Source of the DNA: Eledone cirrhosa
Taxonomy: Eukaryota
DNA: 64,000 nt
Assembly (NCBI GenBank): GCA_964016885.1
Contig: OZ024760.1
Location: 992,001 to 1,056,000, forward strand
Direction: 5' to 3'
Every line of letters starts with the position of its first letter. Position 1 is the stretch's first letter. This document shows, piece after piece, positions 14,591 through 27,119 of the stretch. Under the pieces are notes generated by a model, which was given only the letters and a program-made list of their open reading frames with translations, was not told the origin of the DNA and did no database searches. The translations under genes and the position numbers were made by a program.

Positions 14591-14622
14591 TTTTTTAATC
14601 TAATAATAATAACAACAGTATA

Positions 14623-14875
14623 ACTATTATATTTGGGGAAGGTCATATTGCCAGAAATGTATAATAAAACACACTCACTGTTTGGTTGGGGTTGGTTTTT
14701 GTTTCAGTATATTTTATATTTCTGTAATTAATTTATCATTGATTGACCAACAGTTAAAAAATATATGGATATGAATATAGTCTCTGAGTTCTTTCATCAC
14801 ACACCTGTGGCATCATCAATGTTATAGTTTCAACACACAATTTCATATGAAAAACCTTGCAAAACAAATTCATTG
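14623..14875. mobile_element. Diverged PLE pLTR remnant with inverted junction
   Basis: Homologous to 6789-7078 and 22792-23030; degenerate hammerhead at ~14785-14825 (-). Confidence 0.65.
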
Positions 14876-15142
14876 CTGTCACAGTTTAACTATTACTCAC
14901 TACTAATGTAATAATTATTACTAACTTCCTCCTTCGTAATTTTCTTCTCCTTTATCATCTTCAACCCCTCTCTCTCTCCGTTTTCACTTTTCTTTTTCTT
15001 CTTTGTCTTTTTTCTCTCTTTCTTTCTATGTAAACATACACACAGACATACATGTGTATTTTTGTGTATGTATATGTGTGTAGGATATACATATATATAT
15101 GTATATATATATATATATATATACATACACACCTGTTAAAAA

Positions 15143-15177
<35 letters not shown>

Positions 15178-15868
15178 TTTTAACAGGTGTGTGTGTGTGT
15201 ATATATATATATATACATACACCTATGTGTATATATAGATATATATACACCTATGTATATATATATATATATATAAACACGCCTATGTAATATATATATA
15301 TATATACACACACACCCACAGAGAACACATACGGTATGTGTATATACATATACACACAAATATAAAATATATTGTTTATATACACACAATAGTTCCATGC
15401 CAATTTCTCACTGCACTACCAAGTGCATCCCTTGTGGTTGTGGTTGTTGTTGTTGTTGTTGTTGTGGTTGTTGTTGCTGCTGTTGTTGTGGTTGTTGTGG
15501 TTGTTGTTGTTGTTGCTGCTGTGGTTGTGGTTGTTGTTGTAGTTGTTGTTCAAATGAAGTATTGGTTCACTGTTGTTCCCACTTATGATTTACTCCATTA
15601 TCACTACCCACCCCCTTCCTCACTCTCTTTCTCCCTCTTTCTCTCACATACACTGGTGGGAGTGATGGGGGTGCCTCCTACCACACCTCCCTCTAACATC
15701 TCTCCCTCTCCCTGCCACCCATCCATTGTAGCGGATCTATCCATCATTTCTTTGGTTCTAAAACATATGTCAGACATGGCAAAGAAGCATTGTTTTTTTC
15801 TGTATTCAGCTAACCCGTAATTATATATGTATGTATGTATGATATATATATGTATATATATATATATG

Positions 15869-15905
<37 letters not shown>

Positions 15906-16018
15906 TACATACATATATATATATCATACATACATATATATATATCATACATACACATATATATATCATACATATACGTACAGATATATATATATATATA
16001 TATATATCATACATATAC

Positions 16019-16056
<38 letters not shown>

Positions 16057-16066
16057 TACATATACG

Positions 16067-16105
<39 letters not shown>

Positions 16106-16115
16106 TACATATACG

Positions 16116-16152
<37 letters not shown>

Positions 16153-16277
16153 CATACATATACGTACATACATATACGTACATATATATATATATCATAC
16201 ATATACGTACATATATATATATATATATATATATCATCATCATTGTTTTACGTCCATTCTTCCATGCTAGCATGGGT

Positions 16278-16313
<36 letters not shown>

Positions 16314-16417
16314 CATATATATAAAATCAACAACCCCAGCATTAACATTTTATGCAACCATGGAAATAGATATTAAATAGTGTTGTGTGTGTGTATATCT
16401 GTCTGTGTGTATGTGTT

Positions 16418-16448
<31 letters not shown>

Positions 16449-16511
16449 GTCCCAAGGCTCTGATACCATCAACACTATAAACACAGAGCTGGCATATCTA
16501 AGAACTGACTA

Positions 16512-16566
16512 ACTGCCTGATGAGGTCATAGCCTTCAATGGCTATCAGCGAAATATATATAGCAGT
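16512..16566 (+). ncRNA. Minimal type I hammerhead ribozyme
   Basis: ACTGC-CTGATGA-ggtc ATAGCC ttcaat GGCTAT cagc-GAAA-TATATA-TA-GCAGT: perfect stem I and palindromic stem III. Confidence 0.8.
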
Positions 16567-16611
16567 AAATAAAGGATTATGAGTTCATGCAATTGACTTA
16601 TGTTTCGTCAC

Positions 16612-16644
<33 letters not shown>

Positions 16645-17022
16645 GTATATGTGTGTGTATGTGTGTGTATGTGTATGAGCAAAACATGTTTCATGGATCC
16701 ATCTAGTCTCCGACCTTGATGGCCTGTCCAGTGCATGCCAGCCTGGAAAGAGGATGTAAAATGATGAGGATGAGGCAGACAGACAGATAGATTGATAGAC
16801 AAAGAAATAGACAAACAGACAGACATTGTATTTTCACGGAAAAGACTTTACCTCATAATATCGAGTCTATGAGATTTAGATGTTATTTATTTTGTAAACA
16901 ATACCTTAACATCAGTATGAGTGGCCAGTTACAGCCGGTTTGAACAGAAAGAGGTGAGAGAATTCTGGCTGGATATGGCCAGTTTAAATGCTAAAGGGTT
17001 AATGTAAGGTTCTTATATAAAA

Positions 17023-17211
17023 TTATTTGTTTCTACTTTTGGTACAAGGCCAGCAATCACCCAGTGCATTACTGGTACTTTATTTTATCGACCCTGTAAG
17101 GATGAAAGGTAAAGTTAACCTCGGTGGGATTTGAACTCAGTCCATAAAGGAACGTAACTGTGCTGCATAGCATGGCGTCCGACCCTCTACCAATACTGCC
17201 AATCTACCACC
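17023..17211 (-). mobile_element. SINE family A copy with 16-bp TSD
   Basis: TCTTATATAAAATTAT at 17011-17026 and 17212-17227. Confidence 0.9.
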
Positions 17212-17819
17212 TCTTATATAAAATTATATTGGAAGATTTAAATTTAAATTGAAAACCTTTAAAATGGGTGGTTTTATATTCATAGAACCAGAGCTGGTTT
17301 TAGCTGGGTTGGTAACCAAAGGGTTACAGTCCTCTTCTGCATGAAACCACATTAAGAAGATATTCTTCAAAAGTACAAAACAGCATTATTGTGGTTGAGC
17401 TTGTGGCAGGGGAGACTATGTTTATGTGTGTAGATTTGAAAGAATTACAGATAACGATATACATAAATAAATATATAGGATCGTCAAGTACGAAATTTGT
17501 AGAAATTAGTTTTTTTTTCTACAAATTTCATACCTGACGACCCAATACAAATACATGACATATCATTATGGTTGATTGTAATATTATTATTTTATACTAT
17601 TTACAGGTTCTGGTTAATTTATCATTAAAAATAACCACCAAAACAAAACTAAACTGGATTTTACTCTATTAGGCTTATTATGGTAAGTAAACCATTTTTA
17701 ACATCTTGATTAATATATTTCCAGCACATCTCCCTCACAATCCTCTGGGGAAACATCTTCTCTATTCTGTCTGCTGGGGCTGTGGGGTGGCCAGCACCTG
17801 GGCCCCCATATGCTCATAA

Positions 17820-17925
17820 TAATTGTTTCTACATTTGGCACAAAGCCAGCAATTAACCATTACATCGCTGGTACTTTATTTTATCGACCCCGTAAGGATG
17901 AAAGGCAAAGTTAACCTCGGCGGGA
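17820..17925 (-). mobile_element. 5'-truncated SINE family A copy
   Basis: TSD GCTCATAATAAT at 17812 and 17927. Confidence 0.85.
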
Positions 17926-18375
17926 AGCTCATAATAATGAGAGATGGGGAGAGTGGGAATAGATGGAGGTGGTGACAGTGGGAGTCTGGTTACTCTGTGT
18001 TTCGACCTGGTGTACATGTGTGTGTGTGTATGACTGATTTATTTGCCTGGTTTTATATATATTTACTTGTGTTGGCCTACTACTAAATCAAGTGAAACTA
18101 CCATGATTAAATAAAATAATATATATATACACTATAAAGTATGTCCAAAGAATCATTTGATAATATATATATATACACCATTTCCTCTCCCAATTAGCAT
18201 AATCAACCACACAAAAAACCAATTAAACCAGACTATAAGATTAAAAGGCGCCTATGAAGAAATAGTAGATAAATAAACAACAGCAATCTCTTTGCGACCA
18301 ATCGCTATAGAATATTTACCCAACATTTCAATAGCAGGTGGAAATCGATTAAATATACCGTCAACCATACACAAT

Positions 18376-18414
<39 letters not shown>

Positions 18415-18527
18415 TGTATCTGTGGTGCTGAGACCGGGAAGATCACAGATCATGTGAGTACTCAATGCATGGGGAGATGCAGAGGGGTTATAGAGATATA
18501 ACTTAGCGCTGCAGTTGAGATTTTACA

Positions 18528-18576
<49 letters not shown>

Positions 18577-18685
18577 TCTTCTCTAAGATGGCTAACTAAG
18601 CACACAAATGATTTCCTCCTGTGAAAATATTTTTTTTTCCATTTCTTTCTTTTCTTACTGTCATCTATTGTTTAATCTATTCCAC

Positions 18686-18720
18686 CTTCTGATGAAGGAC
18701 TAACATCTGAAACATCAAAA
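18686..18720 (+). ncRNA. Degenerate hammerhead (34 kb family)
   Basis: CTGATGA-A-GGAC taac ATCT-GAAA-CATC. Confidence 0.5.
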
Positions 18721-18736
18721 CTCTTTTCCTACGATA

Positions 18737-18990
18737 TATCTATCTATCTAAGGCGGGTAAAATTCCCGAGATCCATGGACGAGTTCTCTCCAGCGGTCTC
18801 TGTCCCTCATTATCGCTGCCATATCCTGCATCTCCAACAGACCAGTGTCTGTCCTTAGGGCATCAACATATGTTAACCTTGGTCTTCCTCTTCTAGTGTG
18901 TCCATGTAGGGGCTCCCAAAGGAGCACTGAGTGCATTGTCAACTCTGGATGTCGGTGAGCATGTCCAGCCAACCTCAGTCTTCTTTCCTA
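18737..18990 (-). mobile_element. 3' fragment of a second RTE/RTE-X-type LINE with (TAGA)n tail
   Basis: RLRLAGHAHRHPE..VLLWEP.HG.TRRGRPRLTYVD.L..DTG..M.DR..WR. Confidence 0.85.
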
Positions 18991-19452
18991 CTATATCAAG
19001 TGTTAAACTAATATATTTCTTCATTGTACTGGAATGTTCTCTCGTGTTGTTTTTCCTCGTTGACTTTCTTCATATTTATATAATCATCATCATCGTCATC
19101 ATCATTTTTACATTGATTTTGCCATTCCGGCATGGGTTGGACAGGACTTTTCAAAGCAGTGCTTTACAGCTGGGTGCCCTTCCTATCTCTATAACCTCCT
19201 ATGGTATTCCTATTATATATATCTATCTATCTCTATCTCTATATATAACACCAGACATCATGTTTTTTTGTTTTATGAGTCTGACCTGTATTATAATGTC
19301 ACCTTTTTGCTTGTTTGATGATATGTAGAGCAGAGGACCTGTCCCCAGTATATCTAATGAGGCACGGCCCGCCCCCCTACATTGACACGTTTGTAGATTA
19401 AAATAATGCTGTAAATCTTAACTGGTTATCCATTGTTATTTTACATATATAT

Positions 19453-19640
19453 GGCGGTGGATTGGAAGTATCGATAGAGGGTCGGACGCCATGCTTTCCA
19501 GCATAGTTACGTCCCTTTACGATCTGAGTTCAAATCCCGCCGAGGTTGACTTTGCCTTTCATCCTTACGGGGTCGATAAAATAAAGTACCAGTAATGCAC
19601 TGGGTAATTGCTGGCCTTGTGCCAAAAGTAGAAACAGTTA
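19453..19640 (+). mobile_element. SINE family A copy with 18-bp TSD
   Basis: GTTATTTTACATATATAT on both sides. Confidence 0.9.
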
Positions 19641-19685
19641 TTTTACATATATATATATACATATATATATATGTGTGTGTGTATG

Positions 19686-19733
<48 letters not shown>

Positions 19734-19746
19734 CACACACATATAC

Positions 19747-20390
19747 AAATGGAAGTTTTGGCTGTGGCCAAGCTAGCGATATACAATTAGGTTTGTGCAG
19801 CAAAGCACTCAATAAGGGTGTATCACCTTACAGTAATAAACATACATTAGATAGCGTGACAAATTGAAAACTGTGGCAGGCATGCCTCGCCACATAACAG
19901 CAAAGCAACAAAAATACATTCAGGTTAGATAACAAACCTGGACCGTCTCGAAAGGTGTTGTGCAATACCTCCGATAGGTTTCTGTGAGTCCAAAATCAAC
20001 AATCCTACTTGCGCAATATGGCAAGTTTATGGTATTCGATGACAGAACTGTGGACTCATGTTATCAACAGGTTTCCGTTCTGTGCCCCAAACAGGTGTAA
20101 AGTGTGTAGGCTACTACGAATGGTAGCAGTCAATGTTTCACTATCACGTGCTTTTTCCCCAACGAGGAAATTGGCAGCAAATTTAAAGTGTGAACACAGG
20201 AATTGATGCCATTCCACAAACCGAATAAGAAGCTCTCAACTGGACGTTTATATATATATATGAATGAAAGGGTGGGCCAACCGTTACTTTGTTCCGAGGC
20301 CCCAAGAGCTAGCAACATCCATTTTGAGAAAAATCTTTGCCTACTTCGGCGCCCTAAAGGGCCCTGTACTGCCTTGTATACAGTATGAAT
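19747..20390 (+). other. Unclassified ~640-nt hairpin-rich non-coding element (structured family, member A)
   Basis: More than 10 short hairpins; shares ordered motifs with 44.9, 56.4 and 57.0 kb (see findings); flanked by microsatellites. Confidence 0.7.
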
Positions 20391-20836
20391 ATATGTCTCT
20401 GTGTGTGTGTGTGTGTGTGTGTGTGTTTATTCAAAAACACAACTGGAACTTTAAACCACCTTAAAATATCTCCAACCCAGTTACGCCTGTCACACTAGTC
20501 TAAATAAATAAGCAAATAACTCCTAATGAAGGGTGACAGGCGGGTGGCGAGGGAGTGCCCTTTCTTGAGCCCCCCCCCCCTCCCCCACAATTCCTCATAA
20601 ACTAAAGACACCCCACCCTTCCAGTCACACACATACACACACACACACACACATACAGGGCAGAATAAAAAACAACACGCCTAGTTTTTTTTTGTTTTCT
20701 CTTGTAATTTATTTGTTTTTGTTTTTGCCAATATATATATACACACACACACAAGGTGTCTCCAAAAATGTATACACATTTGAGAGTTATCTGCTGTTGA
20801 AGTGTGTATACATTTTGGGGGGACACTCAGTATAAG

Positions 20837-20867
<31 letters not shown>

Positions 20868-21223
20868 GCACGTATGTGTGTGTGTGGAGGTGTAGTGTAT
20901 ATATATATAAATATAATAATATATATAAATATAATATATAATAATATATATAAATATAATAATATATATAAATATAATATATAATAATATATATAAATAT
21001 AATAATATATATAATATATATAATAATATATATAAATATATGTGTTTTTCTTTAACTATTAATTGTATTTCAATTTTTTTTTTAATATCTTGTGATTGTG
21101 TGAAAGTTGAATGAACTCTTTTGAAAGCAAAACTCCCAGAAGACTTTTTGTGGATTCATGAAGAAGGGAAAGTAGGGGAGATACCCTCCTCCTTCTCAAC
21201 TACGGCGCACATTCACAAACACA

Positions 21224-21264
<41 letters not shown>

Positions 21265-21649
21265 ACACACATTCACACATCTACATATATATATATATAT
21301 ACACATACACATATACACACTCACACATATACATACATATATATATACACATACATATACACACTCTTACATATACATACACACACATACCCACATTCTT
21401 CCATGTTTTCCTTGCTGCACACAAAATCATAGTGGTGGTCGTGGTGGGAGAGGGTTGATATTTGCCTCTTTAAACACCCAGACATCGCCTGTTGACATCC
21501 AAATCCTTTCTTTTTTCAAAGATTTTCCCATCGTTGGAATTCTTTCCTTCCTTCCTTTCTTCCTTGTTCTAGTTTTTTTTTTTTGTATTTTTGCTTTTTA
21601 GTTATTTTCTCACAATTTTTTGGGGTGGGGGGTGAAAAATCAAATAATA

Positions 21650-21820
21650 ATAATAATTGTTTCTACTTTTGTCACAAGACCAGTGTATTACTGGTGCTTT
21701 ATTTTATCGACCCTGTAAGGATGAAAAGCAAAGCTAACCTCGACGGGATTTGAACTTAGAACGCAAAGGGCCGTAACTCTATGCTGCAAAGCATAGCATC
21801 TCTACCGATACTGCCAAACC
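21650..21820 (-). mobile_element. SINE family A copy
   Basis: Homology to 7710-7898. Confidence 0.85.
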
Positions 21821-21837
21821 AATAATAATGGCTCCTG

Positions 21838-22020
21838 ATTTGACCCAGTCTCTCTTGACCCAGTCTCTCTTGACCCAGTCTCTCTTGATCCAATCTCTCT
21901 CTTGATCCAATCTCTCTCTTGATCCAATCTCTCTCTTGATCCAATCTCTCTCTTGATCCAATCTCTCTTGATCCAATCTCTCTTGATCCTGTCTCCTTTG
22001 TTCTAATCTCCTTTGATCCA
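21838..22020. repeat. 15-17-bp minisatellite (TCTCTCTTGATCCAA)
   Basis: About 10 tandem units. Confidence 0.9.
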
Positions 22021-22791
22021 GCAGAACCTCTAGGATGTGAACGCTGGAAGGAGTGAGGGTTGCACCAGCACATGGCTGGTACTTTCAATGACAAGAGACA
22101 AAATAAAAATTTGCAGGATTTTCAAAATAGTCTCTGGAAAGAAACAATGCAGTTATCAAAAGGAAGAGTTGAAATTAATGCATGCAAGATTTCACAGCTC
22201 TAGCATCACTCCTTCATAGTCAGCCTTATGAACTTTTCAGCCTACCCATTTACTGTACATTACACGTACTTTTTAATTGACTTTGACAGGATGAAAGGCA
22301 AAGTTGACCTCAGTGGGATTTGAACTCAGTGTGCAGAGAGCTGGAGCAAATACCTCAAAGCATTCTAACGACTCTTTCAGTATATATATATAGTTCAAGG
22401 AGACAAGAAACAGTTACATAGAATTAAAATTTAGCTTTGGCATAGCTGTATACATATGTGGAGGTGAATTTTGTATATCTAAAGATATACAGTAGCTTTA
22501 ATAAAAGAAACATTTTGAAAGCCCAGCTGTGAATATAGAAAGTGTGACTGAGGGCCAGCGCCATCTAGCAGATTCCAACAGAAGCAATGAGAGACAACTC
22601 TGTGTGATTTCGATCTACTAGCCCTCATCAGGACTGCTCTCTGCTGGAACTTGAAAACAGGCGAAAATATATAGTATTTGTGCCTGTGTAGGTGGGCTGA
22701 TTAACCACATTTGTATATGAAGCTGTTTAAGTAGGCTCAATTTAAAAGTAGAATATACAGCTATACTGAAGCTAAATTTATATATATATAT

Positions 22792-23026
22792 ATATTGTTA
22801 TACTTGGGGAGGGTCATATTTGTGTAATATTGCCAGAATTAATAACAGAACACACTCACTGTTTGGTTGGTTTTCGCTTTTGAAAAGTGAAAACCAACCA
22901 AACAGTGAGTGTGTTCTGTTATTAATTCTGGCAATATTACACAAATATGAACCTCCCCAAGTATAACAATATTTGTTATGACACACGATTTCATATAAAA
23001 AACCTCGCAAAACTAATTCATCGCCG

Positions 23027-23030
<4 letters not shown>
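22792..23030. mobile_element. PLE pLTR-end fold-back palindrome (arms ~90 bp, 22792-22972)
   Basis: Near-perfect inverted arms centred near 22881; the right arm continues into the same 3' end as 1945-2018; TA flanks. Confidence 0.85.
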
Positions 23031-23062
<32 letters not shown>

Positions 23063-23112
23063 GAGTTGAAAAAATAAAAGCTTCTTCCCTTATTATATAT
23101 ATATATATATAT

Positions 23113-23517
23113 ATCATCATCATTTAACGTCTATCTTCCATGCTAGCATGGGTTTAGACGGGAATTGTCCCACTTGAGGCAAGATTGGTCGTCTCGCTCG
23201 TATGGGACTGTCTGGAAGGTTTTCTACGGCTGGATGCCCTTCCTAACACCAACCATGTTTACAGTGTGGTCTGGGAGGTTTTTACCGTGTTACCTACACA
23301 GCCACATTACAGCGTGGACTGTGTGTGTTTTTTTTTTGTCGTGACACCCTACACATCATTTATTTAGGACTGGATGTTGTGGTACCAACATAACTTTACA
23401 GAGAAAGGGGTGGTGTTGATGGGGATGGGGGAGTTGGGTAGTGGGGGGGGGGGGTATATTTTGTTAAGAGGTGCCTACTAACTGTAGGTTTCGTTTTGTA
23501 CTTAGGCAAGGCGGGTT
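23113..23517 (-). mobile_element. RTE 3'UTR fragment
   Basis: Collinear with 36275-36675. Confidence 0.85.
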
Positions 23518-23534
23518 ATATATATATATATACA

Positions 23535-23890
23535 CGGTAAACATTGATGCAATTCAGTTCATGTACTCGACGTCATGTTACTTCTTCAAAATGAGAATGA
23601 TGGAGTATATTTAGAATGAGAAAAATGTGAAGTTGTAGATGTTAAAGAGTCTTTTATTAATAAAGCTGTGATATATATTTCAATGGTGATCTTGGTCACT
23701 TGATTAGTTAACCATTGCCGTGATTTCAGCAGACAGCGACATTGAGTATAAAGGTTAAGTTCCTGACGCACTCCTAGATTTAAGGGAACGGACAAAAAAT
23801 TATGTTTATGTTAGGCTTGCCTATCATTCTTGTTTTGAAGAAGGAACATGACCTCGAGTGCTTGAATTGAATTGCATCTATGTCTACCAT
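23535..23890. mobile_element. Element with ~65-bp imperfect terminal inverted repeats in (TA)n (MITE or inverted pLTR)
   Basis: GGTAAACATTGATGCAATTCAGTTCATGTACTCGACGTCATGTT.. matches the reverse complement of 23822-23890. Confidence 0.65.
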
Positions 23891-23911
23891 ATGTTTATAT
23901 ATATATATATA

Positions 23912-24176
23912 TCATCATCATCAAAAGCATCATTTTACGTCCGCTTTTCACTGCTTGCAAGGGTGGGACGGGACGGGAACTGATTCTGGCTTGATTTCTA
24001 CAGCTGGATGCCCTTCCTACCACCAACCTCATTTACAGTGAGTGCTGGGTGCTTTCTTTGCCGTGGCACCTCCATGACCACTTTCCAGTGGAATGATATG
24101 GACCCCAGTCCCTATCATCTCATTTCTACAGCTGAGTAAACTGGAGCAATGTGAAATAAAGTGTCTTGCTCAAGGC
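23912..24176 (-). mobile_element. SINE family B copy, 5'-truncated
   Basis: Collinear with 6140-6390. Confidence 0.85.
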
Positions 24177-24795
24177 TGTAAAGTGGATGTGTAAAAGACA
24201 CGGCAAAATGCACCCAGCACAATGTGGTTTATGTCAAGAAAGACATCCAGCCATAGAAAGCCAGTCAGAAACACCTCTATATGAGCAGGACACGGTCACC
24301 CAACCCAACTTGCCTCAAAATGGGACCCGTCTAACCCATGCTAGCATGGAGGATAGATGTTAATCGATGATGATATATATATATATATATGTGTGTGTAT
24401 ATATATATATATATACAGATATATATATAAATAGACACATGCATTAAACCTTTGTCATGAAGCATAACAGTAAGGCTCACACAGAAGGTGTGGTGTATAT
24501 ATACAAACTGTAAAAATGTGTGTGTATACATTCATACATACATACATACATACATACATACATACATACAAATATATGTATATGTATATATGTATGTATA
24601 TATATAGATGTATGTCTGTATCTATGTATGTATGTATGTGTATGTGTATATGTATGTATACATATAGATGTATGTATGCGTATGTATATATATATAGATG
24701 TATGTGTGTGTATGTATGTATATATGTATGTATGTGTATGTATGTATGTATGTATATATATATATATAGATGTATATATGTGTATGTATGTATAG

Positions 24796-24829
<34 letters not shown>

Positions 24830-24914
24830 TCATAGACACATTTTTGTAGTTTTATCCATGTAAACACAGTTATGAAAATATGCTCTGATAAATTAACATC
24901 AGCACACAGCTTCA

Positions 24915-24956
<42 letters not shown>

Positions 24957-25063
24957 CATATATACTCATAGACACATACTCACACACATTTACACAAATA
25001 TACATGCATACATACACATAGATCTATCTATCTCTGTCTATATATAACCCTAACCCTACATAA

Positions 25064-25110
<47 letters not shown>

Positions 25111-25175
25111 CATATGTATACATACGTATGTATGTGTATACATATGTATGTATATATACATATGTATGTGTATAC

Positions 25176-25206
<31 letters not shown>

Positions 25207-25227
25207 TATATATACTTGTACTCACAT

Positions 25228-25324
<97 letters not shown>

Positions 25325-25427
25325 GCTACATACAAAGTGTGTACCAAAAGCCCCCCTGGTGTGGGTTATGTTCATATTGTTGGTTTTCACTTGAGAAAAA
25401 TGAAAGAATTCAGTGTGCAGAATGTGT

Positions 25428-26250
25428 GTGTATGTCTTAGAGTGGTGTGTGTGTGTATATCTTAGAGTGGTGTGTGTGTATGTCTTAGAGTGGTGTGTGT
25501 GTATGTCTTAGAGTGGTGTGTGTGTCTTAGAATAGTGTGTGTGTATGTCTTAGAGTGGTGTGTGTGTGTATCTCTTAGAGTGGTGTGTGTGTAAGTCTTA
25601 GAGTGGTGTGTGTGTGTTTTAGAGTGGTGTCTGTGTATCTCTTAGAGTGGTGTGTGTGTGTATGTCTTAGAGTGGTGTGCGTGTCTATCTCTTAGAGTGG
25701 TGGGTGTATATGTCTTAGAGTGGTGTGTGTGTGTATCTCTTAGTGGTGTGTGTATAAGTCTTAGAGTGGTGTGTGTGTGTATGTCTTAGAGTGGTGTGTG
25801 TGTGTGTATGTCTTAGAGTGGTGTGTGTGTATGTCTTAGAGTGGTGTGTGTGTATCTCTTAGAGTGGTGTGTGTGTATGTCTTAGAGTGGTGGGTGTGTA
25901 TGTCTTAGAGTAGTGTGTGTGTATGGCTTAGAGTGGTGTGGGTGTGTATCTCTTAGAGTGGTGTGTGTGTATCTCTTAGAGTGGTGTGTGTGTATGTCTT
26001 AGAGTGGTGGGTGTGTATGTCTTAGAGTAGTGTGTGTGTGTATGTCTTAGAGTAGTGTGTGTGTGTATCTCTTAGAGTAGTGTGGGTGTGTATCTCTTAG
26101 AGTGGTGTGTGTGTATCTCTTAGAGTGGTGTGTGTGTGTATGTCTTAGAGTGGTGTGTGTGTGTCTTAGAATAGTGTGTGTGTATGTCTTAGAGTGGTGG
26201 GTGTGTATGTCTTAGAGTGGTGGGTGTGTATGTCTTAGAGTGGTGTGTGT
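25428..26250. repeat. ~22-24-bp minisatellite (TCTTAGAGTGGTGTGTGTGTATG)n
   Basis: About 35 tandem units. Confidence 0.95.
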
Positions 26251-26492
26251 GATGGTGTGAAGACATTTAAGTTAGCATGTCTGCTATGTCTGTCTGTCTG
26301 TCTCTCTCTCTCTATATATATATATATGTATGCATATATATGTGTGTGCGTGTGTGTGTGCGCTCATGCATGTTTATTTGTGTGTATTTGTGTGTATGTG
26401 TGTGTGTCATGTATATATATATATATAGTTGTATGTATGTATGTATGTATGGGTGTGTGACTGTTTGTGTATATGTAATTAGTTGCCTCTAT

Positions 26493-26546
<54 letters not shown>

Positions 26547-26678
26547 GCAAAAGTTTTATTTAAGATTGTTGGGTTACAACGAGTAAATATTTTATAACTG
26601 ATATAAAAGCACTCAACAGTTTCTGGAGTAGGTTTACGATATTAAACAAATGGAAACTATATTTATAAAACCATATTT

Positions 26679-26742
26679 ATTTCGTTATATATATTTCTGG
26701 GATATCATATTAAAAATATGGTATGCCTTCCTCAGACAAAAT
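26679..26742 (-). ncRNA. Minimal hammerhead in pLTR-like repeat (26550-26800)
   Basis: ATTTTGT-CTGAGGA-agg..ccca-GAAA-TATATA-TA-ACGAAAT; stem I covaries relative to the 37.6 kb copy. Confidence 0.7.
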
Positions 26743-26820
26743 ACAATACATAAGCTGTTTTATAAATAATTATTGACATACCTTATAATAATGCAACTTC
26801 CATTTAAAAAGTTGATTTGG

Positions 26821-26856
<36 letters not shown>

Positions 26857-27119
26857 TATATGTGAATACATGTCAGTGTGTGTATGCATACATATTTGTG
26901 TGTATGTGATTTGATGCATCTGTGAGTGTGTTTATATATATATCTATATATCTCTCTATATATATATATATATATATAATGTATATATATGTATATATAT
27001 GAATTACATGTGTGTGTGTGGTTAGAAAGTCTATGTGGTGTATGTGTGTGAAAGACTGCCAACATTGGACTGGTGTGGAGAATAGCACCAAAAGCAGTTG
27101 GTAGTGTCTGTCTTTCTTG

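Noticed and set aside
22590-22636. Minus-strand CTGATGA-GGGC..GATC-GAAA
   Set aside because: Stems I and III cannot be formed convincingly; at best a decayed relic.
25428-26250. CRISPR-like array (also 29350-31135)
   Set aside because: No unique spacers and no cas genes; these are eukaryotic minisatellites.
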